Source: Ranitomeya imitator (taxonomy: Eukaryota). From it: 64,000 nt of DNA. The first letter of the stretch is position 1; every line of letters begins with the position of its first letter. Positions 35,781 to 48,640 of this stretch are shown piece by piece. Under the pieces are notes generated by a model. That model saw nothing but the letters and a program-made list of their open reading frames with translations, was not told the DNA's origin and searched no databases. The stretch covers positions 275,528,001 through 275,592,000 of the forward strand of contig NC_091283.1 in the NCBI RefSeq assembly GCF_032444005.1, in the 5' to 3' direction. Both the position numbers and the translations under genes were made by a program.

Positions 35781-36114
35781 GCCCTTTGCATGACTTGGAT
35801 GATTCTCTGTCTGTCTCTGTATGGCTGCACTAGTGTTTTCAAAATCGATCCGATTTGGTTCCTGCAAAGTTGGACGAGTGTAATGCAAGGGTCATGTGTT
35901 TTTCATGCGAGTCAATCCAATTTTTCAGGCCTAGCATGTGATTTACAACTGAATGCAATGCAATTTTAACATGAGCTTTTACATAGAGCAATTCTCTGTC
36001 ATTTACACATGGTTTTCAAAGGAAATATACTTTAAAAAGTATTTATATATTTTGTAGCAGAGTCACTGGCAAGGTGATAGTGTTAAATGCATGGACACAT
36101 ATTTCCCGTCTATG

Positions 36115-37360
36115 TGTTGTGATGGTTAAGTTGCATAAAAGGGCTGGTTTTATGTGGATCTTCATAGAGAGGGTGAGAGAAGGTCCACTTTATCTCCCCT
36201 GGCAGACCTGCCAGGACCTGCGTGAGGTCATGATCATGTGATTAATCACGTGATGGGAAAGTCACAGACTTGGGTTGAAATAATGGAGCTCTACAGGCAG
36301 TCAGAGTTCAGCTAGCAAAGAGAGAGGAGTCTCTAGAAGCTCTGTGGCTCGTCGAGCACAGACTGAACCTGTGCTGCTCCAGAACGGGGTGCCGCTCGCA
36401 ACATACTTGTTGTTTTGTTCCTGTTTTTGCCAGATAGGCTGAGTTTTGTTTCCTCATTAGTTGGTTTATGCTGCCTGACAATAAACCAATAACGATTTAA
36501 AGAGACGGTGTTCCCATTTTTCCTACCTCTCTGTGCCACCACATGAGTGATCTACTACAAGTGGTGTTTCGATTGCGGGCATCGTTCCAGGAATGCCAGT
36601 AGCAGTCGTGGTCAAAACCGCATGTCCTGGGTAAAGGAGGCCGCAAGCCAGCAGATGGAATCAGGCAAAGTGGAGGATCTCCTCAAGCATCTGGTGAGCG
36701 CGCAACAGCAACAACAAGTAGCCCATCAGGAGACGAGTAAGTTGCTCATCCAGCAGCAGCATCAGGACCAATTCAGACAGCAGCAGCAGATTGAGTTGCT
36801 TGCTAAGGTAGTTTGGGGGAAGACTGGAAGCCCAGCCTAGAAGTCCAGGTGACAACACGCACGTCTGAAAGGCAGTAAGACGAGCGATGCAGAAAATGAC
36901 TCCGGGTTATGATGTACAGGCATTTCTGACTGTTTTTGAGCGGGTGGCGGAGCAAGAGAGACTGCTGCCAGACCAGTGGGCAGAGGTGCTGGCCCCATAT
37001 CTAACCGGCGAGCCCCAGAAGGCTTATTACGACCTGGCCTTACAAAATGCCCAGGAATATGTTAAAAACTGAGATACTGGCTCGCTCAGGGGTGACTATG
37101 TCTGTCCAAGCTCAAAGGGTTAATCACTTAACCACTTCGCTCCCAGATGTTCGACTTACTCCACCTTGTGCAGAAATGGAGTCCTCCACGCCAGATGGTG
37201 GAGCAGGTTGTAATGGACAGGTTAATCCATTCCTTTCCTAAGTCGGTACAGACATGGGTGGCCCAGGGGGATCACCGGAATGCGGATGACCTGGTCAGCC
37301 TAGTAGAAAGATACCAGGTGGTCGAGAGGTCCCTAAAGAAGCCAGGGGTGGTGCATCCCC
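36115..37360 (+). mobile_element. Gmr1-like Gypsy remnant: 5' LTR, PBS and degenerate gag with SCAN-like region
   Basis: AATAAA at ~36480, LTR end ...CTACTACA at ~36559, TGG PBS at 36562; gag motifs QKMTPGYDVQAFLTVFERVA...WAEVLAPYLTGEPQKAY and EQVVMDRLIHSFPKSVQTWV. Confidence 0.72.
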
Positions 37361-37689
37361 ATACTGGGGATGCAATTAGTATGGTGTGTGCAGTTTACTG
37401 TACATGTATTTAATTATTAAAAAATTATTTTTCTAAAACAAATAGCTTGGTCTCGGTTGTAATTTTCGTAACCAGCAAACGGAAAGCTGACAGCTGGGGG
37501 CCGATGTTTATAGCATGGGAAGGGGGGTAATACCCATGGATCTTCCCAGGCTATTAATATCAGCTCACAGCTGTATACTTAGCCTTTACTGGCTTTTAAA
37601 ATGGAGGACCCCCCAAAAAAGTTAGGTCCCACTATAATTAATAAAAAGCAAAGGGTATGCAAACAGCTGCAGGCTGAAATGTTGTCAAA

Positions 37690-38400
37690 GTGAGACAAGC
37701 CTCAGATGGCACAACGAGAATGTTGAACCTATTATCGTTAGTGGAAAAGAAGAAATCCCCAGCTATTTTACTACCTTTAGATGCCGAAATTTGATAGGAC
37801 TAACTGGAATTTTATGTTTGTGACATTAAATTCGGTTTTCAAGATCATATTCTAAAGGCATTTTCAGCTTTGAACTCTCACTCATTAACAAAAATGTTTC
37901 AACAATCAGCTATCTAATAATGATGGTGTCCGTCAAGGTTGGTCACTTCCCCTCTCCTCTTCGCCCTTACTATGGAACCTTTTGCGGAATCTATCGGAAA
38001 GAATCAGCATCTAAAGGGTATCCCCCTAAACCATAGGCAATACAAAATTGGGTTATTTGCGTACGCTGCCCTATTTACCATTACTGACACAATTAATTAT
38101 TTGAAAGCTGTCCACTCAATAATTAAAGAAATTACTTCAGTTTCTTACTATAAAATTAATGTTAAAAAGGCGAAAATCGAAGATTTTCCACCTATGATAC
38201 TCAATCCAGAATGCATTTCTTTACTATTGGTAAAAATCTAATATTCCTTATCTAGGAATAAAAATAACAAAACCACTATATATAACTCTGGATGAGAACC
38301 TAATATTTTAAAACTGATCCAAAATCCCATTGACAAATTTGATAAAATGTTATTTCATCATAGTTAGGAAGAATTGTCCTTTACAAAATGATTAATTACA
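37690..38400 (+). mobile_element. L1-clade LINE reverse transcriptase fragment
   Basis: Broken frames with LDAE..FD, GVRQG and PLLFALTMEPFAESI...KGI...KIGLFA motifs. Confidence 0.7.
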
Positions 38401-39038
38401 AATAAAAATTCCTGCCTGCTACTAGTCTTTTGCAGTCACCTGTAGGTTTTTGATTTCTCTGGAATTTGGTGGCAGTCAGTGATAGCTTATGGTTTCTTTT
38501 AAGTCCAGGTAGTGTTCCTGTGACTTTGAACCTGTAAACACTGCTTCCTGTCACGGCCACTCCTTCCACTCATTCTTACCGGCTGCGGCGCGCTCCTCCT
38601 GCAGGCGCGCGTCCTCTCCTTCATTTTCTGCTCTCTGGTTCTCGTCGGGTGCGCGTGCGCATCACCCACTCCAGCACTTCCTATTTCTGATTTGCAGGCG
38701 CTCTGTTTCTCCTCTCTGTGATCCTGGAGGACCGTGACCTGGAAGTCCTCCAGCACTCCATGTATATAAGGTGATTCCTTCCTCTGTTCCTTGCCTGTCT
38801 GTCATTTGTGCTTCTGTGACTCAGGTCTACCATTGTCTTTGCACTGCCTGTTCTGAGTATCCGCTCTGTCCAGCTAGTTCAGCTTCTCTGCCTTCCCAGG
38901 CTTCCTTGTCTCCTCGTCCAGTCCAGTCCTCCCAGTGTCCTCTCCGTACTATGTAGTCTGGAGTCTCTGTCCTGTCCCGCTTCCTTTGTGTCTTCCCCTT
39001 CGCAGTTCTCCTTTGGTCTCACCGGTTCCCAGCTCTTA

Positions 39039-39734
39039 AGGTACCTTCACACTAAACGACGCTGCAGCGATCCAGACAACGATCCGGATCGCTGCAGCGT
39101 CGCTGTTTGGTCGCTGGAGAGCTGTCACACAGACCGCTCTCCAGAGACCAACGATGCCGGTAACCAGGGTAAACATCGGGTTACTAAGCGCAGGGCCGCG
39201 CTTAGTAACCCGATGTTTACCCTGGATACCATCCTAAAAGTAAAAAAAAACAAACGCTTCATACTTACCTTCGGCTGTCTGTCCCCGGCGCTCTGCTTCT
39301 CTGTACTGGCTGTGAGCACAGCGGCCGGAAAGCAGAGCGGTGACGTCACCGCTCTGCTTTCCGGCCGCTGTGCTCACAGTGAGTGCAGGAAAGCACAGCG
39401 CCGGGGACAGACAGCCGAAGGTAAGTATGAAGCGTTTGTTTTTTTTTACTTTTACGATGGTATCCAGGGTAAACATCGGGTTACTAAGCGCGGCCCTGCG
39501 CTTAGTAACCCGATGTTTACCCTGGTTACCAGCGAAGACATCGCTGAATCGGTGTCACACACGCCGTTTCAGCGGGAGAGCCAGCGACCAAAGAAAGTGC
39601 TGGCCCTCTAGCCCCGACCAACGACATCACAGCAGGATTCTGATCGCTGCTGTGTGTCACACTGAACGATATCGCTAGCGAGGACGCTGCAACGTCACGG
39701 ATCGCTAGCGATATCGTTTAGTGTGAAGGTACCT
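39039..39734. mobile_element. PIF/Harbinger-type MITE in the chromovirus 5' LTR
   Basis: AGGTACCTTCACAC TIRs; TTA TSD; empty site CAGCTCTTACCTAAC in the 3' LTR. Confidence 0.9.
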
Positions 39735-40257
39735 TTACCTAACTGTACTTCATCTTGTCTCACTCTGTCCGTCCTGCGCCTAGCTTCTCTATCTTGTATT
39801 TCCTACTACCTGTCTCCGGGTTCCAGCTTCTGCGGCAATAGTCTCCCTTGGGTCTGCCCCTAACGCTCCCTGTATAGGGGGTGGTCTACCTGGTCAGCTC
39901 ACCCTTGGGAGGTTCATTGTCGTGGATCTGTGGGTCCACCCCAGGTATTCCAGGACTGCACTCGGATGACATCTGAGTGCAGTCTGATTCTCACAGTACA
40001 GACAGGCCATGGACCCCGCTGGTACCCCGACTCCTACCCAGAAGGAATTATTATTCCTCTGGGAGAATCAGTCCAGGATTATGTCCTTTTTGAAGGCCAT
40101 GGAGTCCCGACTCTCGTCCCTGCAGGCCTCCGACCCTGGGAGCGCCTCTCTGTTAGCAAGTCTCCAACAGGAGCTGGCCCAAAAGCGTGACACTCAAGCT
40201 CATATTCTTAGTTTTATGGCTTCTGTGGATGATCGCCTTTGTGCCCTCCAGTCTTCC

Positions 40258-42747
40258 AATTATGATATTGAAATGTGGGGGCACCACAGTATATCCAACA
40301 AGGGATCCAACCCAGACCTGAGAATACGAATATGCAAGAGACAAGAAAAAGCACAGGCCATACAGAAATGGGGATCACCAAAGCATTATACAAATACACA
40401 GCTTTATTAAAGGTACAACACGGGAAAAAGAAAACCATAAAAACATTTAAAAACACATAGAAACTAGTGCCTGAAATAGGGCATATGCCTGTACACAGGT
40501 AAAAGGGGAAAGAAACATATCAGGCTAGAGTAACAACAAATACTCCTGTAGGAACTATATGGACAGCATATTACTCAAACTACAAAGCGTAGGAAAATGT
40601 AAAAACGCATGTTCACCAGATGAGACACATATAAATATATAGTGTTTAGAGAGACATATAGTATAATATAGGAGTTCTGACAGAGCTGAAAATAAAGCTC
40701 AAAAGCCTAAGGTAGTGCACACATAATAAGGTATAATCACTCAGGTATATGCTAATAAATAAGGCAAAAAAATAGAACCATGTCACCCTCCTATTTTTCA
40801 ATCATGAAAAGCAGAACAAACATAGTGCACCTACATGCCCCAACACTGAAATATACCGGTATGTAACCAAAATAGGGCATCCTGAGTGAGCATACTACCT
40901 ACATGCAGGGCTCAAAGACCCTGCACATAAATTATTTCCCCAAACAACCAAAGGGTACAATAACCCCAATGTGCAAACAGGCATACAGAGAGCAAATACC
41001 CGACGCGTGTCGCCACTACGGTGGCTTCATCAGGGGTATGGCTTTTGCTCTAAAGACCCATGTATAAATACCTCATAACATGATGTCTAAGTAGACGCAG
41101 CTGTAACGATCCATCTGAAAATGGCAGAGCAGAGACACACACGGCGTCCAGCATGATGTATTGCGCAGGCGTCGGCGCCCTAGTAACCGGAAATCACCGG
41201 TGCTAGGCAACAGTGAATAGCGATACTTCATCATATGAAACTGGTGGACTAGGTACATTTGATCGGCGTTCAGCATGATAGATTGCGCAGGCGTCGGCAC
41301 CCTAGTGACCAGAAATGACCGGTGCTAGGCAACAGTAAACAGCGATACTTCATCATATGAGACTGGTGGAGTAAGTACACTTGATCGGCGTTCAGCGTGA
41401 TAGATTGCGCATACGTCTGTGCCCCGTGAACCGGAAGTCACCAATGCTAAGCAACCACACTCCAATAATAAACAGTCAAATCCCCCCCGCATACAGACCG
41501 ACCAGCGGGGTGTGGTGACATAATGTTCCCAGTGGTTCGATCTGCACAGGCGTCAGTATGCCAAAAAATAAATCGTAAAACAGCTGTCACTTACTCCGAC
41601 TGCCCACTGTGTGAGCGCCGGTAAGCTGAGACCGGAAGTAACCGGCGCCTAGCAACAAAGAATGCTACCAAGCTGCCGAGAAGCCCAGATGGAAAGCAGC
41701 AATGCTCATACCGAGTGAGCTCACACATATATGTGTCATCTTGCTTACAACAATGGAGTTTAATTGTGGCAAGATTAGAAGTGCCGGAGCAGACACGCAT
41801 ATAGGATTAAACCAAGGGTTTACACCACCAATCTTAAAACTCAATGCCCTTTTGGCAGAGGCAAACATATATGTACCCCTGAAATGCATAGCAACGAAAA
41901 AGGGCTGTAAAATCATATTGTCAGCAGCAATAAACACAAGTGTTGATACACAAATATGTAGAGCCTGCAAGACAATATTACAGAGGAATATTGAAGTAAT
42001 CATGAGATGACATTATTATTTAACAGCAGCTCAACTCATACAGGCATCCGACTCCCGACGCCCATAGTGTCCAGAGCTAAACCAAGGACTCAGGAAGTCG
42101 GCCTTCAAACTTTGATGCCTACACTTGTGGGTAACCTAAGACCATAGTGCACAGACACAGTAAGCAGGGTCTTTGAGCCCTGCATGTAGGTAGTATGCTC
42201 ACTCAGGATGCCCTATTTTGGTTACATACCGGTATATTTCAGTGTTGGGGCATGTAGGTGCACTATGTTTGTTCTGCTTTTCATGATTGAAAAATAGGAG
42301 GGTGACATGGTTCTATTTTTTTGCCTTATTAGCATATACCTGAGTGATTATACCTTATTATGTGTGCACTACCTTAGGCTTTTGAGCTTTATTTTCAGCT
42401 CTGTCAGAACTCCTATATTATACTATATGTCTCTCTAGACACTATATATTTATATGTGTCTCATCTGGTGAACATGCGTTTTTACATTTTCCTACGCTTT
42501 GTAGTTTGAGTAATATGCTGTCCATATAGTTCCTACAGGAGTATTTGTTGTTACTCTAGCCTGATATGTTTCTTTCCCCTTTTACCTGTGTACAGGCATA
42601 TGCCCTATTTCAGTCACTAGTTTCTATGAGTTTTTAAATGTTTTTATGGTTTTCTTTTTCCCGTGTTGTACCTTTAATAAAGCTGTGTATTTGTATAATG
42701 CTTTGGTGATCCCCATTTCTGTATGGCCTGTGCTTTTTCTTGTCTCT
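40258..42747 (-). mobile_element. Penelope-like non-coding insertion with ~590-bp inverted arms and a hammerhead motif
   Basis: 16-bp TSD TGCCCTCCAGTCTTCC (40242-40257, 42748-42763); arms 40334-40924 and 42164-42750; ~120-bp internal tandem repeats at 41150-41450. Confidence 0.8.
40997..41038 (-). ncRNA. Minimal type I hammerhead ribozyme motif with one core substitution
   Basis: UACCC-CUGAUGA-AGCCAC-CGUA-GUGGC-GACA-CGC-GUC-GGGUA; conserved GAAA reads GACA. Confidence 0.65.
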
Positions 42748-43539
42748 TGCCCTCCAGTCTTCCGCTCCCATTCCCTCTCAGGCTTCAGCTCCTCATCCGT
42801 CTTCCCGTCTGGCTAAACCTCCTCGCTATAGTGGGGATCCTAAATTGTGCAGAGGGTTTTTAAACCAATGCCAGCTTCATTTTGAGTTACTTCCCATGCA
42901 GTATCCCACTGACCGTTCTAAAGTGGCATTTGTAATCTCATTTAGAGGGCGAGGCTTTGGCGTGGGTTAATCCCCTTTGGGAACGGGATGATCCTCTTGT
43001 TTCCCAACTCTCCACCTTTGTTGAAACGTTTTGTAAAGTATTTGATGAACCGGGTCGTTTGGCCTCTACCACCGAGTCTCTGTTTAATCTTCATCAAGGT
43101 ACGCTTTCGGTGGGTCAATACGCCATCCGGTTTCGCACCCTTTCATTCGAATTAGGATGGAATAATGAGGCTTTAGTGGGAGCCTTCTGGTGGGGGCTTT
43201 CTCCTCGAATCAAGGACAACTTGGTGGGTCGTGATACTCCGACGTCTTTGGAGGATCTTAGCGCTTTGGCAACCCGCATTGATTTACGTTTCCAGGAACA
43301 CTCTCGAGAATCCGCTAGAGAGAGGAGATTTCCTCGACTTCCTCCGGTTTCTCCTAATTTTTCCCCTTTTCGGTCTGAGTCGACTCCTTCCCCGGAACCC
43401 ATGCAGGTGGACCGTCTTAAACCTGTGGAGCATCGTCGGAAAGAGAGGCTTGCTCAAGGTCTCTGTTTCTATTGTGGTAGTGCGTCTCATCTCTTGCGTT
43501 CCTGTCCTTTGAGGCCGGGAAACGCCTCCACCTAGGGCA

Positions 43540-46500
43540 GGTAAGAGAGGTCTCCCTAGGTATCCCTGAACCCTCTCAACCCCTCACTCTTTCTGTTCTT
43601 TTACGTCTGGGAAATAAATGTTTCTCTGACTCTGCTTATATAGATTCCGAGGCAGCTGGGAACTTTATTCAACTCGAGGCAGTTAGGAGATTGCGGATTC
43701 CGGTCAGATCCCTGGAGACTCCTCGACAGATTGCGTCAGTCGATGGCCAACCTCTGCGGGAGTCCGTTACGTTGGTTACTGAAGAATTGGAACTCCAAAT
43801 TGGAATCCTGCATCGTGAGAAGATAGTCTTCTATGTTCTGCCTTCTTTATCCCATACGTTTCTTCTTGGACTTCCTTGGTTAAGGACTCATGAGCCTTGT
43901 ATTGACTGGCGGTCTGGTGAAATTCTGCGTTGGGGACTCTTCTGCCAGAGTAACTGTTTGCTTCCCGTGTTGCCAAGAGAATCTTCTCGTCCTATCTCGG
44001 CCTATCTCGGCGTCTTCCAATTTACCTTCCGCATATTTGTCTTTCCTGGATGTCTTCGATAAGAAAGAGGCTGAGACCTTACCTCCGCATCGACCCTACG
44101 ATTGCCCAATTGATTTAGTTCCGGGCTCTACTCCTCCTCGAGGTCGAATCTACCCGTTGTCTCCAGCCGAGACTCAAGCCATGACTGAATACGTCCGGGA
44201 GAGTTTAACCAAAGGTTTTATTCGCAAATCCTCCTCCCCTGCAGGTGCGGGTTTTTTCTTCGTTAAGAAGAAGGATGGGACTCTTCGTCCATGTATAGAC
44301 TACTGTGGTCTCAACAATCTCACAATCAAGAACAAGTACCCGCTACCACTCATACCTGAGTTGTTTGATCGCCTGAGAGGAGCCCGAATTTTCACGAAAT
44401 TGGATCTTCGTGGAGCTTACAACTTAATCCATATTCGTTCAGGAGACGAATGGAAAACTGCTTTCAACACCCGGGATGGACACTATGAGTATTTAGTCAT
44501 GCCTTTCGGCTTGTGTAACGCTCCAGCAGTATTCCAGGAGTTTGTGAATGAGGTTTTCCGAGATCTACTCTACTCCTGCGTGGTGGTGTACTTAAGACAA
44601 CATTCTGGTGTTCTCCGCTGATCTTGCTTCTCACAGAAGAGATGTCCGTCAAGTGCTCTCCCGTCTTAGAGAGAATCGTCTTTACGCCAAACTCGAGAAA
44701 TGCGTTTTTGAGCAGTCTTCGCTACCGTTTCTTGGCTATATTATTTCTGACTCTGGCTTGCAAATGGACCCGGAGAAAGTGTCTGCTGTGCTTGACTGGC
44801 CACGCCCCCAAGGAGTGAAAGCAATTCAAAGTTTTCTTGGGTTCGCCAATTACTACCGGCAGTTTATCCCACATTTCTCCACTCTGGTCGCCTCAATTTC
44901 TGCTTTGACTCGCAAGGGATGCAATCCCCACATCTGGTCTTCCGAAGCTGAAGATGCTTTTCGGTCTCTGAAACATGCATTTGCCTCAGCTCCTGTACTC
45001 CATCGGCCTGAGATCAACAAACCCTTTATTCTCAAGGTAGATGCTTCTGCCATTGGAGCTGGTGCAGTACTCTCCCAGAGATCTTCTTCCGGACGACTGG
45101 CTACTTGTGGTTTCTTTTCCAAAATCTTCTCCGCCTCGGAGAGGAACTACGCCATTGGTGACAAGGAACTATTGGCCATAAAATTGGCGCTGGAGGAATG
45201 GCGTTATCTCAGAGGGAGCTGTTCACCCTTTCAAGATCTTTACAGACCACAAGAACCTGGAATATATCCGCTCTGCACAAAGATTGAATCCCCGACAAGC
45301 CAGATGGTCGTTATGCTTTGCCCGTTTTGACTTTGAACTACATTTCCGTCCTGGCGACAAGAACTTTTAGGCTGATGCTTTGTCCAGGTCATTTCTTGCT
45401 TCCGATGTTGTAGAGGAACCAGCACACATCGTGGACCCCAGCAAAATTATTCTTGTGGCTCCGGTCAGCTTGTCTTCCTTACCACCAGGTAAAACCCTTG
45501 TCCGGGTGAGCGAGAGGTCTCGAGTCCTACGTTGGGGTCATTGTTGTGGATTCTGTTTTTGGGCTCCCTCTGGTGGTTACAGATGGTACTGGGTGACTTG
45601 TGTTCTCTGCGGTCTCTGGTGTCCACCTGTTCTATCAGGATATGGGAGTTTCCTATTTAACCTGGCTTTCTTGTCATTTCCTCGCCGGCGAGCAATGTAA
45701 TCAGTGTGTCTTGTTACCTCTGCTTTCCGCTTCTGTAATCATCAGGACAAGCTAAGTTTTTGATTTTCCTGTTCCACGTTTTGCTTTATTTTTGTTTTAG
45801 TCCAGCTTGCAGTTATGTGATTCCTTGTTGCTGGTTGCTCTAGTGGGCTGATATTACTCCTCATGTTCCATGAGTTGGCACATGAGTTCAAGTAATTTCA
45901 GGATGGTTTTTTTTGTAGGGTTTTTCGCTGACCGCGCAGTTCACTTTTGTATCCTCTGCTATCTAGTTTTAGCGGGCCTCATTTTGCTGAATCTGTTTTC
46001 ATTACTACGTATGTGCTTTCCTCTCATTTCACCGTCATTACATGTGGGGGGCTGCTATTTCTGTGGGGTGTTTCTCTGGAGGCAAGAGAGGTCTTTGTTT
46101 CTTCTAATAGGGGAAGCTAGTCCTTCGGCTGGCGCGAGACATCTAGAATCATCGTAGGCACGTTCCCCGGCTACTGCTAGTGTTGTGAATTAGGTTCAGG
46201 ATCGCGGTCAGCTCAGTTTCCATCACCCTAGAGCTTGTTCTGTTTTTTGGTGCTTGTCCTTTTGTGATCCCCTGCCATTGGGATCATGACAGGTCATGCC
46301 TCAAGACTGGCAGGCTATGTCGGGTACAAGAAAACGCTCGCTCTCATCTCGCGCCATTATTGGTGGCCATCCCTTCTTTCAGATGTTCGAGGTTTTGTCG
46401 CTTCGTGCCCGTCTTGTGCTAGGAACAAGTTTCCCAGACATCTGCCTTCCGGTCTCCTACATCCTCTTCCAGTTCCTTCAGCTCCCTGGCAGCATATTGC

Positions 46501-47550
46501 TATGGACTTTATTACTGATCTGCCTAAGTCCTCTGGTCATACAGTCATTTTTGTTGTTGTGGATCGATTCTCCAAGATGGCTCACTTCATCCCTTTGCCT
46601 GGATTGCCCTCCGCTCCAGAATTAGCGAGAATCTTCATTTCTCATATCTTCCGGATTCATGGCTTTCCGTTGCACATAGTCTCTGATAGAGGAGTACAGT
46701 TCACTTCTCGTTTCTGGCGGGCTCTATGTAAACTAATGAATGTTACCCTGGATTTTTCTACAGCTTATCATCCTCAGACCAACGGACAAGCAGAGCGCAC
46801 AAACCAAATACTGATGACTTATCTACGCCATTTTTCCAACGCTCATCAAGATAACTGGTCTGATTTGCTTCCGTGGGCTGAGTTCGCTTACAATAACCAC
46901 ATCAATGAGTGTTCTTCCAAGTCTCCATTCTTCATAGTCTATGGGCAACATTCTGGTATCCCTCTGCCGGTACTCCCTGCCTCGGGTGTACCAGCGGCTG
47001 ATCATCTGTCCGAGGAGTTCTCCAGGGTCTGGCAGGAGACCAAAATCACTCTGGAACAGGCTCAGGCCAGGATTAAGAGACATGCCGATAAACGACGTCT
47101 GGATTCTCCTGTATATCGGTCAGGCGATAAAGTGTGGTTGTCCTCTAGGTTTATTCATCTTAAGATTCCCTCGTATAAATTGGGTCCACGGTACATAGGC
47201 CCTTTCGAGGTTGTGTCTCGTATCAATGACGTTGCCTAGAAATTGAAATTGCCCCCCTCACTTCGCATCCCCAACTCTTTTCATGTCTCCCTTCTAAAAC
47301 CTGTCGTTTTCAATCAGTTCCATGTTTTTCCTGCTCAAACTCCTTTACCCGTCTCTGACCCAGATGTCTTTGAGTTTAAGGACATTCTTGCCATGAAAAA
47401 GGTTCGAGGTAAAACTCTCTTTTTGGTTGATTGGAAGGGTTTTGGTCCCGAGGAGAGGCCTTGGGAGTACCGTGAGAACATACAAGCTCCTCAGATTTTA
47501 TCCAGGTTTCTGTCTGGTCTTAGAAAGGAGGGGAGTAAGGGGAGGGGTAC
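43540..47550 (+). pseudogene. pol: Chromovirus pol (protease, RT, RNase H, integrase, chromodomain), frameshifted and interrupted
   Basis: YIDS protease, KLDLRGAYN and [27 protein letters not shown] RNase H, MDFITDLP...VVVDRFSK...SDRGVQF integrase; internal stops and frameshifts. Confidence 0.88.
45542..46291. mobile_element. Solo LTR inserted in chromovirus pol
   Basis: TGTTGTGG...CATGACA, flanked on both sides by GGTCAT; removing it restores RWGH|ASRLAG. Confidence 0.85.
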
Positions 47551-48312
47551 TGTCACTCCATCCGCTCATTCTTACCCGCTACGGCGCGCTCCTCCTGCAG
47601 GCGCGCGTCCTCTCCTTCATTCTCTGCTCTCTGGTTCTCGTCGGGTGCGTGTGCGCACCACCCACTTCAGCACTTCCTCTTTCTGATTTGCAGGCGCTCT
47701 GTATCTCCTCTCTGTGATCCTGGAGGACCATGACTTGGAAGTCCTCCAGCACTCCATGTATATAAGGTGATTCCTTCCTCTGCTCCTTGCCTGTCTGTCA
47801 TTTGTGCTTCTGTGACTCAGGTCTACCATTGTCTTTGCACTGCCTGTTCTGAGTCTCCGCTCTGTCCAGCTAGTTCAGCTTCTCTGCCTTTCCAGGCTTC
47901 CTTGTCTCCTCGTCCAGTCCTCCCAGTGTCCTCTCCGTACTATGTAGTCTGGAGTCTCTGTCCTGTCCCACTTCCTTTGTGTCTTCCCCTTCGCAGTTCT
48001 CCTTTGGTCTCACCGGTTCCCAGCTCTTACCTAACTGTACTTCATCTTGTCTCACTCTGTCCATCCTGCGCCTAGCTTCTCTATCTTGTACTTCCTACTA
48101 CCTGTGTCCGGGTTCCAGCTTCTGCGGCAATAGTCTCCCTTGGGTCTGCCCCTAACGCTCCCTGTATAGGGGGTGGTCTACCTCGTCAGCTCACCCTTGG
48201 GAGGTTCGTTGTCGTGGATCTGCGGGTCCACCCCAGGTATTCCAATAGGACTGCACTCGGATGACATCTGAGTGCAGTCTGATTCTCACACTTCCTACTG
48301 TATCTCTAAGAA

Positions 48313-48640
48313 TAGCCACAAAAACCTCTGACATATTCCAGTCAGCAGGAAGGACTAAATTTAGCCCAAATAGCGCACAAAAAAGAGTATACCCACTCAA
48401 GATAACATGCTTAAAAGGAGAAAAATAAGAGTTGTACTAGGTATGTAAAAAGTATATCAAAGTTTATTGAACATTCAGATAATATAATACACATATATAT
48501 TGAAGACAAAAAGTAAAGACACGTATCACTTTACTTTTTGTCTTCAATATATATGTGTATTATATTATCTGAATGTTCAATAAACTTTGATATACTTTTT
48601 ACATACCTAGTACAACTCTTATTTTTCTCCTTTTAAGCAT
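48313..48640. mobile_element. Short palindromic insertion (Penelope-like architecture)
   Basis: 13-bp TSD GTATCTCTAAGAA (48300-48312, 48641-48653); 114-bp inverted arms 48405-48518 and 48529-48642 with a 10-nt loop. Confidence 0.7.

Larger units (their letters stand above)
40009..43535 (+). pseudogene. gag: Chromovirus gag (split by insertion 40258-42747; frameshift near 42945)
   Basis: ...RLCALQSS|APIPSQASAPH...PPRYSGDPKLCRGFLNQC; CFYCGSASHLLRSC knuckle; GGGAAAC slippery site at ~43516. Confidence 0.85.
38549..48290 (+). mobile_element. Chromovirus (Sushi/PEG10-related) Gypsy LTR retrotransposon, disrupted by three insertions
   Basis: LTRs 38549-39995 (with MITE) and 47551-48290; 5-bp TSD CTTCC (38544-38548, 48291-48295); PPT before 47551; integrase ends in a chromodomain (LVDWKGFGPEERPWE). 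Confidence 0.95.
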
